Of a stretch of DNA of 64,000 nucleotides, positions 10,528 through 21,193 are shown one piece after another. This DNA is from Alphaproteobacteria bacterium (lineage in GTDB: Bacteria; Pseudomonadota; Alphaproteobacteria; Micropepsales; Micropepsaceae). Both the position numbers and the translations under genes were made by a program. The notes below the pieces were generated by a model. It saw only the letters and a program-made list of their open reading frames with translations, did no database searches and was not told the origin of the DNA. The stretch covers positions 1,236-65,235 of the forward strand of contig JBEIHO010000012.1 of NCBI GenBank assembly GCA_040381215.1, in the 5' to 3' direction. The first letter of the stretch is position 1, and each line of letters begins with the position of its first letter.

Positions 10528-13500
10528 TCCCCGCCCTCCGCGCTCCATTCCTTCACCCGCGCCAAATGGTCATAGTCACTGGGTTTGTTCAGGAACATCA
10601 CATGAGGCTTGGACAGATAAGCCATCTCAGGATCGTCGAAGCTGTTCACGAACGCCTTGAAGCGGGCCAGCGCCGCGTGGACAGCCTCGTCGACGGTCTG
10701 GTCCTTGAAGCGAACGGCCTTTGCCATACCACCATCATCGGACCCATCAAGCTTGACATACATGATCTCGGCGATGCTGTGCGCCGTGATCCCCGGAAAG
10801 CCGCCGGCCAGCGCCATGGCCGCTTCCAGCGTCAACTGCGGCGAGAACCCGTTCAGGACCTGCTCGTCGCTGGGCGGCAGGCCTGTCTTGTAGTCGCAGA
10901 TCGCAATCGCATCGTGCGGCCACAGTTCGATGCGATCGGCTTTCGCCGCCAGCGTGAACGGCCCACCCGCCGCCTCGAACGTGATCTCGCCTTGCCGCTC
11001 GACCAGCACTTCGCGCACCTGCTGCCGGCGCTCGTTTTCCCAGTCGATGAACCAGGCGGCCGATCTCTCGAAACGCGGCCACCAGATGGACCGCACGGAA
11101 GCCTGCTCAAGCAGTAAACGGAAGGCATCAGCACCCAGGCCCAGAAGCAGCTCAAGCGCCGTCGCGCGCGCCGGCATTTCCTTCGGATAGCGCTTCACGA
11201 ATTGCTCGAGCGCCTTGTGGATCGCCGTGCCGCGGTCGGCAGCCCCCGGCGGCTCGTCCACCCGGTCGAGCGCCCGCAAGCCCAGGATCTGCTTGGCGTA
11301 GAGCGCATAGGGATCACGCAGCCACCGCTCGACATCGGTCACGAAAAGCTTGCGCGGCCGGGCCGACAAGGGCGGGCGCGGCGCCGGCGGATCGACAGGC
11401 TTGGCAATCGTCGTCGGTCGATCGAGAAGCCGCGCAATATCGACCAGACGCGTATCGACAAACCGATCCTGCAATCCGGCACCCTCGACCAGCGTCATGA
11501 TCCGGGTCAACCAGCGCGACTGCGTCGTGGGGGCACCGCCTTCCTTTGCTGCACGCGTCAGGATCACCGAGGGCGAAGCCGCGGCCTGCGCGAAATCATG
11601 CGCCGACAGCCCGATGCGTCGTTCCGGCTGGCTGATCTCCAGATCACGGCGCATCGGCCGGTTCAGCCATGGCCCTGGATCCGTGACAGGCGGCCACTTG
11701 CCTTCATTCAGCCCCCCGAGGATCACCAGGTCTGCCTGCAGCAGCCGCGCCTCCAGGGGACCGAGAATGGACAAGCGCGGATGCAACCCGGCCTTCGGAC
11801 GCACGGCAACCTGGTCCATCAGGGCCCGGATGAAGGACGCGTAATCGGCCGCATCCATTTCAACCCCAAGCCCGTCGCACGCGACAATCGCCTCTTCGAA
11901 CAGCTTGAACGCAGCCTCGCCGTCATCCCCGCGCCAGATCGCAATCCTCTCCGCCGCGCGATCCGATGAAACGAGCTCGGCTGCCTTGCGATGCGCGTCC
12001 AGCAGCATCCCGAGCGGCGCAACGCCCTTCGCCGTGCAGGCTGCGAACGCCCCCATCGCCTGCTCCAGCTGGAACAGCAGCGCACGGCAGGGATGCCCTT
12101 CCCCCACGCGTGCGAGCACACCCTCGAGGCCGCGCGCAGGCCGCGGCCCGCGCAACGCCAGCATCTCAAGCTCGAGCGTGAGACCACGCACCTCCGCCCG
12201 CCCCTCAAGCCCGAGCAGGCATTGCGGATGCTTCAGCAACGCCAGCAGCGGCACCGGCGCGAAGGCCTGGGCAACAGCATCGGCCATCACGCAGGCAAGA
12301 CGTCCAGCCTCGGTATGCGCCAGCGGCGTACCGGCCGTGTCATTGATCGATATGCCCCACCGCTGCATCTCGCTGGCCACGCGCCGCGCCAGGTTGCGAT
12401 CGGGCGTGACAAGCGAAGCCGTCCGCCCCGGCGTCTCGATGGCCTCCCGAAGGGCACACGCAATCGCAAGTGCTTCCTCGGCCGGCGAGCGGGCAACAAG
12501 GCAGGAGATCCCCTGCAGGCCAGCGCGCAGGCTCTCGCGCCCTTCGCTCACATAGTCACGCCACCGGACCGTCGTGGCTGCGGGACGCATGGCCTCGGCG
12601 ATCAGGCGAACCCGGTCCCTCCGCGCCGTAGTGCCCGTCCACAGCTGCACATCCCCGCGCAAGGCACCGAAGCGCTGAAGCAGTTGCGCCATGCCATGTT
12701 GCGGATGGCTGGGGCCCAGCTCGTGCCAGGAAATGTCATCAATATCGAAATCAAGCCCCGGCAGGACGACAGCGCCCTGCGGTAACTGCGCAACCGCATG
12801 CAGCAGTTCGGCCGTGGCAGGCACGCTGCCGGTCGAGCCCGCGGCAATCACCGGATGCGCCGGCGGAGACGCACGCCATGAATGCGCGGCACGACGCAAC
12901 TCTGCATCCCGATGAGCTGCAGGATCGCATTTTCCCTCACCCTCGAGGATCGCAGGCCACGACGTCGCCAGGATGTCGAGGAAGGCGATCGTATGCTCCC
13001 AGTGCGCCGACAGCTCGCCGGGGACCAGGTCCCGCAACCGCTCCCATGCCACGCCTTCGGCCGCGGCAAGATCCAGCACGCGCGCAAGTTCCCGCGCCAG
13101 CTGCAGCGCCATTGCGGGCCGGTCGGTTCCCAGCGATTGACCCGCCGATGCCCGCTGCGCTTCGAAGCGGCGGATGAGCGTGAACAACAGCATGTCCCGC
13201 CGCAGCGGCAGGATGGGCGGCAAGCGCGACGAGGCCTGCATGAGATCGACGATCTCGAGCGCTTCGCCATCCCCTTCTTCATCAAGGAACCGGAAATCGT
13301 CCTCGTCGAAATCACCCAGGGCCACGATGCGCGGCAGCACCGCCATGCCGCCCGCCGCTGTACGCTCGAACGCCTCACGCAGCGTGCGGATCGCACGCCG
13401 CGTGGGAACCAGCACCATGACCTCGCTCAGCGCGAAGGGGCTCTCGTCGGATCCGAAACGACGTGTGATGCCGCGCGCAAGCTCGTCAGCAAAGGCAAGC

Positions 13501-13535
13501 CCTGCCGGGATCGTGAAGAGGTTGAGAGCGCTCAT
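10524..13535 (-). CDS. addB: Double-strand break repair protein AddB (alphaproteobacterial type)
   Basis: 1003 aa directly upstream of addA, with a C-terminal nuclease motif (ICDYKTG). Confidence 0.88.
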   Translation of the reverse strand: MSALNLFTIPAGLAFADELARGITRRFGSDESPFALSEVMVLVPTRRAIRTLREAFERTAAGGMAVLPRIVALGDFDEDDFRFLDEEGDGEALEIVDLMQASSRLPPILPLRRDMLLFTLIRRFEAQRASAGQSLGTDRPAMALQLARELARVLDLAAAEGVAWERLRDLVPGELSAHWEHTIAFLDILATSWPAILEGEGKCDPAAHRDAELRRAAHSWRASPPAHPVIAAGSTGSVPATAELLHAVAQLPQGAVVLPGLDFDIDDISWHELGPSHPQHGMAQLLQRFGALRGDVQLWTGTTARRDRVRLIAEAMRPAATTVRWRDYVSEGRESLRAGLQGISCLVARSPAEEALAIACALREAIETPGRTASLVTPDRNLARRVASEMQRWGISINDTAGTPLAHTEAGRLACVMADAVAQAFAPVPLLALLKHPQCLLGLEGRAEVRGLTLELEMLALRGPRPARGLEGVLARVGEGHPCRALLFQLEQAMGAFAACTAKGVAPLGMLLDAHRKAAELVSSDRAAERIAIWRGDDGEAAFKLFEEAIVACDGLGVEMDAADYASFIRALMDQVAVRPKAGLHPRLSILGPLEARLLQADLVILGGLNEGKWPPVTDPGPWLNRPMRRDLEISQPERRIGLSAHDFAQAAASPSVILTRAAKEGGAPTTQSRWLTRIMTLVEGAGLQDRFVDTRLVDIARLLDRPTTIAKPVDPPAPRPPLSARPRKLFVTDVERWLRDPYALYAKQILGLRALDRVDEPPGAADRGTAIHKALEQFVKRYPKEMPARATALELLLGLGADAFRLLLEQASVRSIWWPRFERSAAWFIDWENERRQQVREVLVERQGEITFEAAGGPFTLAAKADRIELWPHDAIAICDYKTGLPPSDEQVLNGFSPQLTLEAAMALAGGFPGITAHSIAEIMYVKLDGSDDGGMAKAVRFKDQTVDEAVHAALARFKAFVNSFDDPEMAYLSKPHVMFLNKPSDYDHLARVKEWSAEGGE

Positions 13536-13541
13536 CGCGCC

Positions 13542-14273
13542 TCAGGGCGCTGCATGGCGCAGGGCCAGCAGCGCTTCGGCTTCCGACCGCGCCTCTGGTG
13601 TCCCGATATGCATCCACTTCCCGTCAAGCCGGATGCCGAACAGGCGCCCCTCCTCGATCGAAATGTCCCAGAGCCTGTTCGTGGAAAAGACATGCGCAGC
13701 CGGACTGCGCGCCACCAGCCGCGGATGGATGATCTGCACCCCGGGCCACGCAAAAGGTGCAAGACGCGGCGCTTGCCGCCGCGCCAGTCGCCCCTCTGCG
13801 TCCATGGTGAAGTCCCCGGCACCATCATAGCCAAGCGAGGTATGGGTCGCCGCGAGCAGCATCAGGCAGTCCATGCGCTGGTCATCCCAGCGCTGCACCA
13901 TCCGCTCGAGGTTGGCCCCCCAGCTCTCCAGCCAGATCGAATCGCTGTTGTGCGTGAAGAACGGCTCTTCCCCGAAATGCGGCAACGCTCGCTTCAGCGC
14001 ACCGCCCGTATCAAGGATCAGATCCCGCTCGTCCTGGATGATGAACGTGGCGTCGGACCGGCCCTTGAGATGGTCGATCACCATCTCGCCCTTGTAGTGG
14101 ACATTGACGACGAAGGTCCGCACGCCCACGGCCTTGAGCCTGTCGATGGCATGGTCGAGCAATGTGCGGCCATCCACCGTGACCAGCGGCTTCGGCCGGT
14201 CATTGGTCAGCGGGCGCATGCGCGTCCCGAGGCCGGCCGCCATGATCATTGCGCGCGAGGGTCTGGTTGTCAT
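13542..14273 (-). CDS. Sugar-phosphate nucleotidyltransferase, MurU-like (N-acetylmuramate-1-P uridylyltransferase family)
   Basis: AMIMAAGLGTRMRPLT nucleotidyltransferase signature. Paired with an upstream kinase-like gene. Confidence 0.7.
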   Translation of the reverse strand: MTTRPSRAMIMAAGLGTRMRPLTNDRPKPLVTVDGRTLLDHAIDRLKAVGVRTFVVNVHYKGEMVIDHLKGRSDATFIIQDERDLILDTGGALKRALPHFGEEPFFTHNSDSIWLESWGANLERMVQRWDDQRMDCLMLLAATHTSLGYDGAGDFTMDAEGRLARRQAPRLAPFAWPGVQIIHPRLVARSPAAHVFSTNRLWDISIEEGRLFGIRLDGKWMHIGTPEARSEAEALLALRHAAP

Positions 14274-14279
14274 GTCGGA

Positions 14280-15404
14280 TCAGTTCCCTGGGATGCCGCG
14301 ATACGCTTGAGGGATATGCCGGTCAAACCAGCCACGCAGGCCAGCCATGGCTGGATGGCTGAGATCGCGCTCCAGATAGCGCCACATCCGCGGCAGGAAC
14401 TGGCGATACCGCGGCTTGTCATCGCGCTTCCACAAACGTGCAAAGATGCCCACGATCTTCGTGTTGCGCTGCGCCGCCAGCAGCGCCGCTGCAAACCGGA
14501 AGGCATCGGCGTCAAAGGCGGCATCATCGGCACGCCGCCGCTGGATGTAACGCGCCACCATCGCATCCGATAGCTCGGCGCTGACATCCCGCCGCGCATC
14601 CTCGGTCAGCGAGATGAGGTCATAGGCCGCCGATCCCGCAAGCGCGTCCTGGAAATCAAGCAGCCCCGCCCTTGCGGCCCCGCCGCGCTGGGGCAGCCAC
14701 ATGATGTTCTCTGCGTGGTAGTCCCTCAGGATCATGATGGGCCGGCCAACCTGCAGCAGCCCTAGCGCCTCGCGCCACAAATCATCGAACGCCGCCAGCG
14801 CTTCGGCAGGCAAGTCCTTCCCGGAGGCCGCCGGATAGAACCAGGTCGGCAGCAGCCGCACCTCGGCCATCATGGCAAGCGTATCGTAGGACAGCAGCCG
14901 CACCTCTCCCCCGCCGGGGACAGCCAGCGCCCGGGGTGCCGCCGTGCGATGCAGGTGAACCAGCGCATCGACCGCAGCTTCATAGAAGCCAAGCTCGGGT
15001 TGCCCCGCAAGGATCAGGTCAGCCATGCGGCCCTCCCCGAAATCCTCGATCAGCAGGAAGCCCGCTTCATGGTCCTGCGCGATGACCTCGGGTGCACTGA
15101 GGCCGCTGCCGCGCAGGAAATGACTGACGGCGGCGAACGGCCTGCAGTCCGGACCAGCAAGGCGCGCCATGGCATTGTAGCCAAGCGCCTCGCGTTCCGC
15201 TTCTGTCGCATCAGGGGGACAGGATGCAGTTTCCGCGCCTCGCGGCTGGTCCATCAGCATGGCACTGCCACCGGCACGCCTGAGGCGCGCGTAGCGCCGC
15301 GTCGAGGCATCGCCCGGCAGCGGCTCCAGCGTGGCATCCGCCCATCCGGCGCGCGCGATGAAATCCCGGGCTTGATCCGCCCGCACGGCGGCGCTCGCGC
15401 TCAC
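14280..15404 (-). CDS. Aminoglycoside-phosphotransferase-fold kinase, AmgK-like (anomeric MurNAc/GlcNAc kinase family)
   Basis: APH-fold motifs (LRDYHAENIMW, LLDFQDA). Conserved tsaE-kinase-nucleotidyltransferase-addBA synteny. Confidence 0.65.
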   Translation of the reverse strand: MSASAAVRADQARDFIARAGWADATLEPLPGDASTRRYARLRRAGGSAMLMDQPRGAETASCPPDATEAEREALGYNAMARLAGPDCRPFAAVSHFLRGSGLSAPEVIAQDHEAGFLLIEDFGEGRMADLILAGQPELGFYEAAVDALVHLHRTAAPRALAVPGGGEVRLLSYDTLAMMAEVRLLPTWFYPAASGKDLPAEALAAFDDLWREALGLLQVGRPIMILRDYHAENIMWLPQRGGAARAGLLDFQDALAGSAAYDLISLTEDARRDVSAELSDAMVARYIQRRRADDAAFDADAFRFAAALLAAQRNTKIVGIFARLWKRDDKPRYRQFLPRMWRYLERDLSHPAMAGLRGWFDRHIPQAYRGIPGN

Positions 15405-15889
15405 GAAAGACCTCCAGCGCGGAACAAGGCGCGCAAGCGCGGCGCCCAGGCGCCCCGACCGATGATCTTGACCCGCCGCTCGTCGGTTCCGTCATCGACT
15501 TCGAGAATGATGTCGAGGCGGTCATCCGGCATGAGGGGTCCCATGCGGTCGGGCCATTCGACGACAAGCACGCCCGCATCCAGCGCCTCGTCGAAGCCCA
15601 GTTCGCCCACTTCGCGCGAAGACTTGATGCGGTAGAGATCTGCGTGAGCAAGCCGCAACCCCGCCGCCTCATACGACTGCACGAGCGTGAATGTCGGACT
15701 GGGCACATCTTCGCCCGGCGACAGGGTCTGCACGATCAAGCGCGCCAGTGTCGTCTTGCCCGCCCCGAGCGCGCCTGCAAGGGCGATGAAGTCTCCCTTG
15801 CGCAATTCACGCGCAAGCACGCGCGCCAACCGCTCCGTCGCCGGCATGCCATCGAGGGTCAGTTGCACCATGTAGCTGTCGCAGGCCAT
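15401..15889 (-). CDS. tsaE: tRNA t6A37 biosynthesis ATPase TsaE
   Basis: 162 aa. LAGALGAGKTTLAR P-loop and SPTFTLV motif. Confidence 0.85.
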   Translation of the reverse strand: MACDSYMVQLTLDGMPATERLARVLARELRKGDFIALAGALGAGKTTLARLIVQTLSPGEDVPSPTFTLVQSYEAAGLRLAHADLYRIKSSREVGELGFDEALDAGVLVVEWPDRMGPLMPDDRLDIILEVDDGTDERRVKIIGRGAWAPRLRALFRAGGLS

Positions 15890-16045
15890 CCCGGATCCGT
15901 CCTTGGAGTGCCCCTTACTACCCTCAGGACCCCGGGCAGTTCAATGCTCAAGGAAGCACGCCAAATCAGGGACTTAGCAAGGTTGATTGCCGGATACTGT
16001 CCATGCTAACGCACATCGGGGATCCATCCCCCCACGAGGCAGGAA

Positions 16046-17260
16046 ATGAACGATTCGGTCGTGATTGTGGGTGCCGGTCAGGCCGCATCGCAACTCGTGG
16101 CATCCTTGCGGGGCGAAGGCTTCACGGGCGCCATAACCGTCATTGGCGACGAGCCCCACCTGCCCTATCAGCGCCCCCCTCTCTCCAAGGCCTTCCTCAA
16201 GGGTGAGATCGCGACCGACCGCTTGTTCATCAAGCCGGGCGAATTCTACCGGGAAGCAGGCTGCACGCTCAGGCTGTCGACACGCGCCACCGCCATCGAC
16301 AAGGCCGGACGCAAGCTGACCCTGTCGGACGGCAGCCAGCTTTCATGGACCAAGCTCGTCCTGGCCACCGGCTCGCGCGTGCGCAAGCTGCCCTTGCCGG
16401 GTGCGGACGATGCAGCATGCCACTACCTGCGCGGCATCGATGACGTCGACGCGCTGCGCCCCCGCATGCAGCCCGGCGTCAGGCTGGTCATCATCGGCGC
16501 CGGCTACATCGGCCTCGAGGTTGCCGCCGTCGCCGTGAAGCGGGGGCTGAAAGTGACGGTCCTCGAGGCAATGCCGCGCGTTCTTGCCAGGGCCGCCTCG
16601 CCTCAGATCGCGGAATTCTTCGAGGATGAACATCGCAAGGCCGGCGTGGACTTGCGCTGTTATGTGCGCACCGAAGCCATCGACCGCACCGGCGACGCCC
16701 TTGCCGTGACCACATCTTCCGGCATCGTGCCAGCGGACATCGTCCTGATCGGCGTGGGCATCCTGCCCAACACCGAGCTCGCAGCCGAAGCCGGCCTTGA
16801 AGTGGACAATGGCATACGCGTGAACGCCTTCGCCCAGACCGATGATCCTGACATCTACGCCATCGGCGACTGCGCCAACCTGCCCAACTCTTTCGCCGAA
16901 CAGGGTCGCGTCCGGCTGGAATCCGTCCAGAACGCCATCGATCAGGCCAAGCACGCCGCCCTCTCGATCATCGGGCGGCCCAAGGCCTACGACGAGGTCC
17001 CCTGGTTCTGGTCGGACCAGTTCGACCTGAAGCTCCAGATTGCAGGCCTGTCCACGGCCCAGGACGACATCGTTCTCAGGGGCGACCGTGCAGGCCGCAG
17101 CTTTGCGGCATTCCACCTCAGGCAGGGCATCGTGACCTCGGTTGAGGCCGTAAACGCCGCACCTGAGTACATGATGGGGCGCCGCCTGATCGCAGCGCGC
17201 GCACGCGTCGCGCCGGAACGCCTTGCAGACAAGGCCATTCCTATGAAAGACATGATCTGA
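16046..17260 (+). CDS. FAD/NAD(P)-dependent ferredoxin reductase (putidaredoxin/rubredoxin-reductase class)
   Basis: VVIVGAGQA and [14 protein letters not shown] dinucleotide folds, AIGDCA motif. Followed by a 2Fe-2S ferredoxin gene. Confidence 0.85.
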   Translation: MNDSVVIVGAGQAASQLVASLRGEGFTGAITVIGDEPHLPYQRPPLSKAFLKGEIATDRLFIKPGEFYREAGCTLRLSTRATAIDKAGRKLTLSDGSQLSWTKLVLATGSRVRKLPLPGADDAACHYLRGIDDVDALRPRMQPGVRLVIIGAGYIGLEVAAVAVKRGLKVTVLEAMPRVLARAASPQIAEFFEDEHRKAGVDLRCYVRTEAIDRTGDALAVTTSSGIVPADIVLIGVGILPNTELAAEAGLEVDNGIRVNAFAQTDDPDIYAIGDCANLPNSFAEQGRVRLESVQNAIDQAKHAALSIIGRPKAYDEVPWFWSDQFDLKLQIAGLSTAQDDIVLRGDRAGRSFAAFHLRQGIVTSVEAVNAAPEYMMGRRLIAARARVAPERLADKAIPMKDMI

Positions 17261-17282
17261 ACCAACGAAACCGGGTAGTCCC

Positions 17283-17603
17283 ATGGCAAAAATCAAGTAT
17301 GTCGAGCACAACGGCAAAGAACATGTCGTCGATGTCCAGCCGGGCATGACGGTCATGGAAGGCGCGGTCAAGAACATGATCCCCGGCATCGATGCCGACT
17401 GCGGTGGCGCCTGCGCCTGCGCGACCTGCCACGTCTACGTGGACAATGCCTGGCTCGGAAAGATCGAACCGATGCAGGAAATGGAAAAGACGATGCTGGA
17501 CTTCGCAGAAGGCGTGGAACCAAGCAGCCGCCTCTCCTGCCAGATCCGCATCACGGAAGCGCTCGACGGCATGACGGTACGCATGCCCAAGAGCCAGCAC
17601 TGA
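17283..17603 (+). CDS. 2Fe-2S ferredoxin (adrenodoxin/putidaredoxin type)
   Basis: 106 aa. C-G-G-x-C-A-C-A-T-C-H…C cysteine pattern ([14 protein letters not shown] … SCQI). Confidence 0.9.
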   Translation: MAKIKYVEHNGKEHVVDVQPGMTVMEGAVKNMIPGIDADCGGACACATCHVYVDNAWLGKIEPMQEMEKTMLDFAEGVEPSSRLSCQIRITEALDGMTVRMPKSQH

Positions 17604-17644
17604 CCTGGCGGAACTGTAAACAGCCATTTTGATTGATGAAGCCA

Positions 17645-17673
17645 GGCGCACCGCATGACGCGGCGCGCCTTTT
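17645..17673 (+). terminator. Probable intrinsic terminator after the ferredoxin gene
   Basis: ggcgcaccgc / gcggcgcgcc stem (one mismatch) followed by tttt. Confidence 0.45.
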
Positions 17674-17681
17674 CCGGCGTG

Positions 17682-20042
17682 TCAGCCTGCGGCTTCGTTG
17701 ACGCTGTGCACGCCAGCCACGCCCGCATGCCGACGCGGGAAGTGGCACGTCACCCGCGTACCGCGGCCAACAGCCGAATCCATCACCACCCGCCCGCCGT
17801 GGAGCTCCACGAAGCTGCGCACCAGGGCAAGCCCCAGCCCAGCCCGACGAGCATCCTTGGTTCGGGTGGTGGACTGGAAGCGCTCAAAGGCAGCGGTCTG
17901 GTAAGCCTCGGGAATGCCCATGCCCGAATCGTTCACGTAGATCCTGACCTCGTCAGCAGACAATTCAGCCCCGAAGGCAATCCGTCCGCTCGGCGGCGTG
18001 TGCTCGATGGCATTGATGACGAGATTATAGACGATTTGCGAAAGACGCTTCTGGTCGGCATACAACTCGCAGCCCCTGCGCGGCGTCTCGTTGACAAGCT
18101 CGACCTTCGCCTTGCGCGCGCGTTCCTCGACAAGGGGAATGACGCCGGCAAGCACCTCGCCAACCTCGACATCCTTGCGGTCGATTTCAATCGTTCCGGC
18201 CTCGATCAAGGCAAGGTCCAGAATGTCGTCGATGAGCGTCTCGAGCGTCTTCGACGCGCTCAGGATGTCCGCCAGATAGGCACTCTGGCTGTCAGTGAGC
18301 TTGCCTGCAATCCCGTGCCTCAGCAGGTCGGCAAATCCGGCAATCGAGTTCAGCGGCGTCCGCAACTGATAGGACACATTCGAGATGAAATCGGACTTCA
18401 GCTTGTCGGCCGCAAGCAGCGCCTGGTTCCGCTCTTCCAGCGCACGCTCGCGCATGACCGTATCGGTGACGTCGCGGTAGCACAGAAGCAGCGAACCGTC
18501 GGGCAGCGGCGCGGCACTGCAACTCAACTCGGTATCATTCGAACATGACAACCGCTCGACATTCACACGGCGCTCTTGCGTGGCACCGGTGATGAGCATG
18601 GTCATCTGGCTCCAGTGCACCTCATCGTTGAGCTTTGCCCGGCAGAGCGAAAACACGTCGGCAAAGCGCGGCTGACCGCCAAGAATGGCTGGATCGATGG
18701 ACCAGAGCTCCGCGAAGGCCTTGTTGAAGAGCTTGAGGCGTCCGTCGGTGCCGAACACGGCAAGCGCCTCGCTGAGGTGGTCGATCGTGGTGCGCTGGAC
18801 GCTCGAGAGCTGGTTGAAGCGCCGCTCGAGTTCCATCTGGTTAGAGACGTCGGCGTAGATGAAGATCAAGCCGCCATGCGGATGCGGTTGGCACGTCACT
18901 CGCAAGGTAACGCTGCGCGGCAGGTGCCAGTGCTCTTCCCGTTCATCGATGACATTCGTGTAAAGCGCAAGTCGTTCGCGCTTCCACGACGAGAAATCGC
19001 GTTGCTCAGGAAGCTTGCGCGCCTCGCGCAACCGCTCGAGGATTTCACCATCCGAAGGATGGGTGGCGAGCCAGCGCTCCTCGAGATCCCAAAGCCGTCC
19101 ATAGGCCTTGTTCGAGAATTTCAGCCGCTGGTCGGGCCCGAAGATGGCAACCGCAACCGGAAGCCGGTGCAGCGTCTCTTCGTGCGTATCGATGTGCTGC
19201 TGCAGCAACCGCTTGGTCTCATCGATGTCAGTGACGTCGATCGCGTAGGAAGCAACACCGGAATCCATGGGGACGGCGGAGATCTCGAACGCACGACGCT
19301 GGCCATTGACCACGACATAGCGCGTCTCGGTTTGCACGTGCCTGGTCTCGAGGGCACGCTCCGCCAGCTCACGGCTGTCACGGTCCAGCTCGATCTGGTC
19401 AGAGATCACGTCGCCACCCACGGGAGGCTCGACCGCATCCACATAGGCACGATTGGCCCAGACCAGATTCAACGCAGCATCCCGCCGCCAAACAGGCATG
19501 GGCGCGGCATCAAGCAGGTCGCCAAGGCGGGACCGCTCTTCCTCGCTGGCCGTCAGGCGAATGGTGAGGCTGTAATTCGCTTCATCATCCGGCGTTACGT
19601 CCCGCAGCCAGAGCGCCGCTTGACCTGCAGCCGGCTTCCCATAGGCCTGGAAAACCCGCCCATCGGCACCGGGAACCGTGAGCGAGAACATCGAACCGCC
19701 ATTTCCAAGCGTTTCGAGCGCGTCTTTCAGCTGCCCCGCCTCGTCAGCCTCGAGCACGCCAGCCAGCACACTGTCTGATCCCGTGCGCGCAATGGGGTCT
19801 CCCCCGATGTTGCGCCAGACGAACAGCGCCCCGGGCTCGGCGGAAACGATGGCAGCTTCCTTCTGGAAACGGGCTTCCGCGCGCGCCCCGCGGACCGCGG
19901 CACGGCGCAGCAGCGCATCCGAACGGGCGCGCATCGCAATCACCACCATCGCCAACGACCCGGCGAGCGCAATCGCCCCGAGGGTTACGCCGAACGGCAA
20001 CCAGACACCAATGTCGTTCGTCAGATCCAAGACCAGCCCCAT
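17682..20042 (-). CDS. Membrane-anchored multi-PAS sensor histidine kinase
   Basis: 786 aa with an N-terminal TM segment and repeated PAS-like segments. H-box FISNVSYQLRTPLNSI, N/G boxes (YVNDSGMGI, GLGLALV). Same position between tsaE and ahcY as in rhizobial genomes. Confidence 0.9.
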   Translation of the reverse strand: MGLVLDLTNDIGVWLPFGVTLGAIALAGSLAMVVIAMRARSDALLRRAAVRGARAEARFQKEAAIVSAEPGALFVWRNIGGDPIARTGSDSVLAGVLEADEAGQLKDALETLGNGGSMFSLTVPGADGRVFQAYGKPAAGQAALWLRDVTPDDEANYSLTIRLTASEEERSRLGDLLDAAPMPVWRRDAALNLVWANRAYVDAVEPPVGGDVISDQIELDRDSRELAERALETRHVQTETRYVVVNGQRRAFEISAVPMDSGVASYAIDVTDIDETKRLLQQHIDTHEETLHRLPVAVAIFGPDQRLKFSNKAYGRLWDLEERWLATHPSDGEILERLREARKLPEQRDFSSWKRERLALYTNVIDEREEHWHLPRSVTLRVTCQPHPHGGLIFIYADVSNQMELERRFNQLSSVQRTTIDHLSEALAVFGTDGRLKLFNKAFAELWSIDPAILGGQPRFADVFSLCRAKLNDEVHWSQMTMLITGATQERRVNVERLSCSNDTELSCSAAPLPDGSLLLCYRDVTDTVMRERALEERNQALLAADKLKSDFISNVSYQLRTPLNSIAGFADLLRHGIAGKLTDSQSAYLADILSASKTLETLIDDILDLALIEAGTIEIDRKDVEVGEVLAGVIPLVEERARKAKVELVNETPRRGCELYADQKRLSQIVYNLVINAIEHTPPSGRIAFGAELSADEVRIYVNDSGMGIPEAYQTAAFERFQSTTRTKDARRAGLGLALVRSFVELHGGRVVMDSAVGRGTRVTCHFPRRHAGVAGVHSVNEAAG

Positions 20043-20544
20043 GCTGCTTCAGGAAGTTGAGGCGCCACAAACGATCCAAGGACAATGGACAGGACCAGGA
20101 AAGCGACCAGCCGGCAGACGCTGAAACATCAGCGGCACCTCGTCGAACATTTCCCCCAGCCAGCCCCTCAAGCTCGTTTCACGCTCGCAACCCCAGACGC
20201 GAGAATCACTCTGTTAAGTGATGATAGGAACAGCCCGGGGGCTTGTCCTTTTCACGTCGCCGCAACTGTCCCCGCAGGCGCTGACGTTACTGCAAGGTCA
20301 GGGCGCGAGGCATGCACGATAACGGGGACGGAAAGAGCATGATTTATCAAGGCGATGAGTCACGCTCTTGACACAACATGGAAGCGGAAAAGCACACCAC
20401 CCGCGCGCATCAATGTGTTGCCGAAATGCGATAGGCATCCGGCAAACAGACATGCCCACGGAATTCAGTACCGATGGGCACAGCATGTTTACGATCAGAT
20501 AACACTCTCACGCACCGCACCCATGATCGCGCGGCAAAGGCGCC

Positions 20545-20580
20545 AGAAAGAAGGGCGGCCCACCTGGTGAACCGCCCTTC
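20545..20580 (-). terminator. Rho-independent terminator of the ahcY-downstream transcript
   Basis: Minus-strand RNA forms gaagggcgg…ccgcccttc (9-bp stem) followed by tttct. Confidence 0.6.
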
Positions 20581-20618
20581 GGAATCAAACACTTGCCCGT
20601 TTTCGCAGGACAGCCCCG

Positions 20619-21173
20619 TTAGCCGGGAAAGAGCTGCACGCCGATCTTGGTCATGCCGCCGTCCTTGAGAACGGCACAAGCCATGCTCTCCATGCCCTGC
20701 ACGTAACAGAACATCGGCAGCTTCGCAGCACGGGCAGCTTCATAGAAATCCCGGTCCACGCCTTCGTCGGGAAGGAAAGGAAACTCGCCGCTGGTCGGCT
20801 GCTCGGCGCCTGGCGGCCAGGAAGGAAGACTGCCAGCCGACTTCAACTGGTGGTCCTGTCGTATCCACGCACGCAGGGCAGCTTGCATGTCCTTGGTGTT
20901 TTTCACATCCGCAAACAGGAAGACGAACCGACCGACCCGGGCGTCAACCCAGATCGGAGACCCGTCTGCCCCGCGGACCGTCAGGACAACCACGGCCTTT
21001 TCGCAATTAGGCCCATGCGAAGAGGCCTCCGCCCGCAGGGGGCGCTGGCGCGGCGGGTTCCAGGGCGCACCCACGGAAACCTCGCAACCAGCCGCATAGG
21101 CAGGGGCTGCCCCGACCATGAGCGCCATGGCAATCGCGAGACCACAAAGAATCTTGACTGCAAACGTGCGCAT
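20619..21173 (-). CDS. Secreted hypothetical protein
   Basis: ATG at 21173 preceded by GAGAGGGG. Signal peptide MRTFAVKILCGLAIAMALMVGAAPAYA. No recognisable family. Confidence 0.55.
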   Translation of the reverse strand: MRTFAVKILCGLAIAMALMVGAAPAYAAGCEVSVGAPWNPPRQRPLRAEASSHGPNCEKAVVVLTVRGADGSPIWVDARVGRFVFLFADVKNTKDMQAALRAWIRQDHQLKSAGSLPSWPPGAEQPTSGEFPFLPDEGVDRDFYEAARAAKLPMFCYVQGMESMACAVLKDGGMTKIGVQLFPG

Positions 21174-21193
21174 GAAGGGACCCCTCTCTTCCA

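Noticed and set aside
8269-14573. 641-aa and 563-aa + strand ORFs opposite addA, addB and the murU-like gene
   Set aside because: Same antisense-shadow pattern. The minus-strand products carry helicase and nuclease motifs and conserved synteny.
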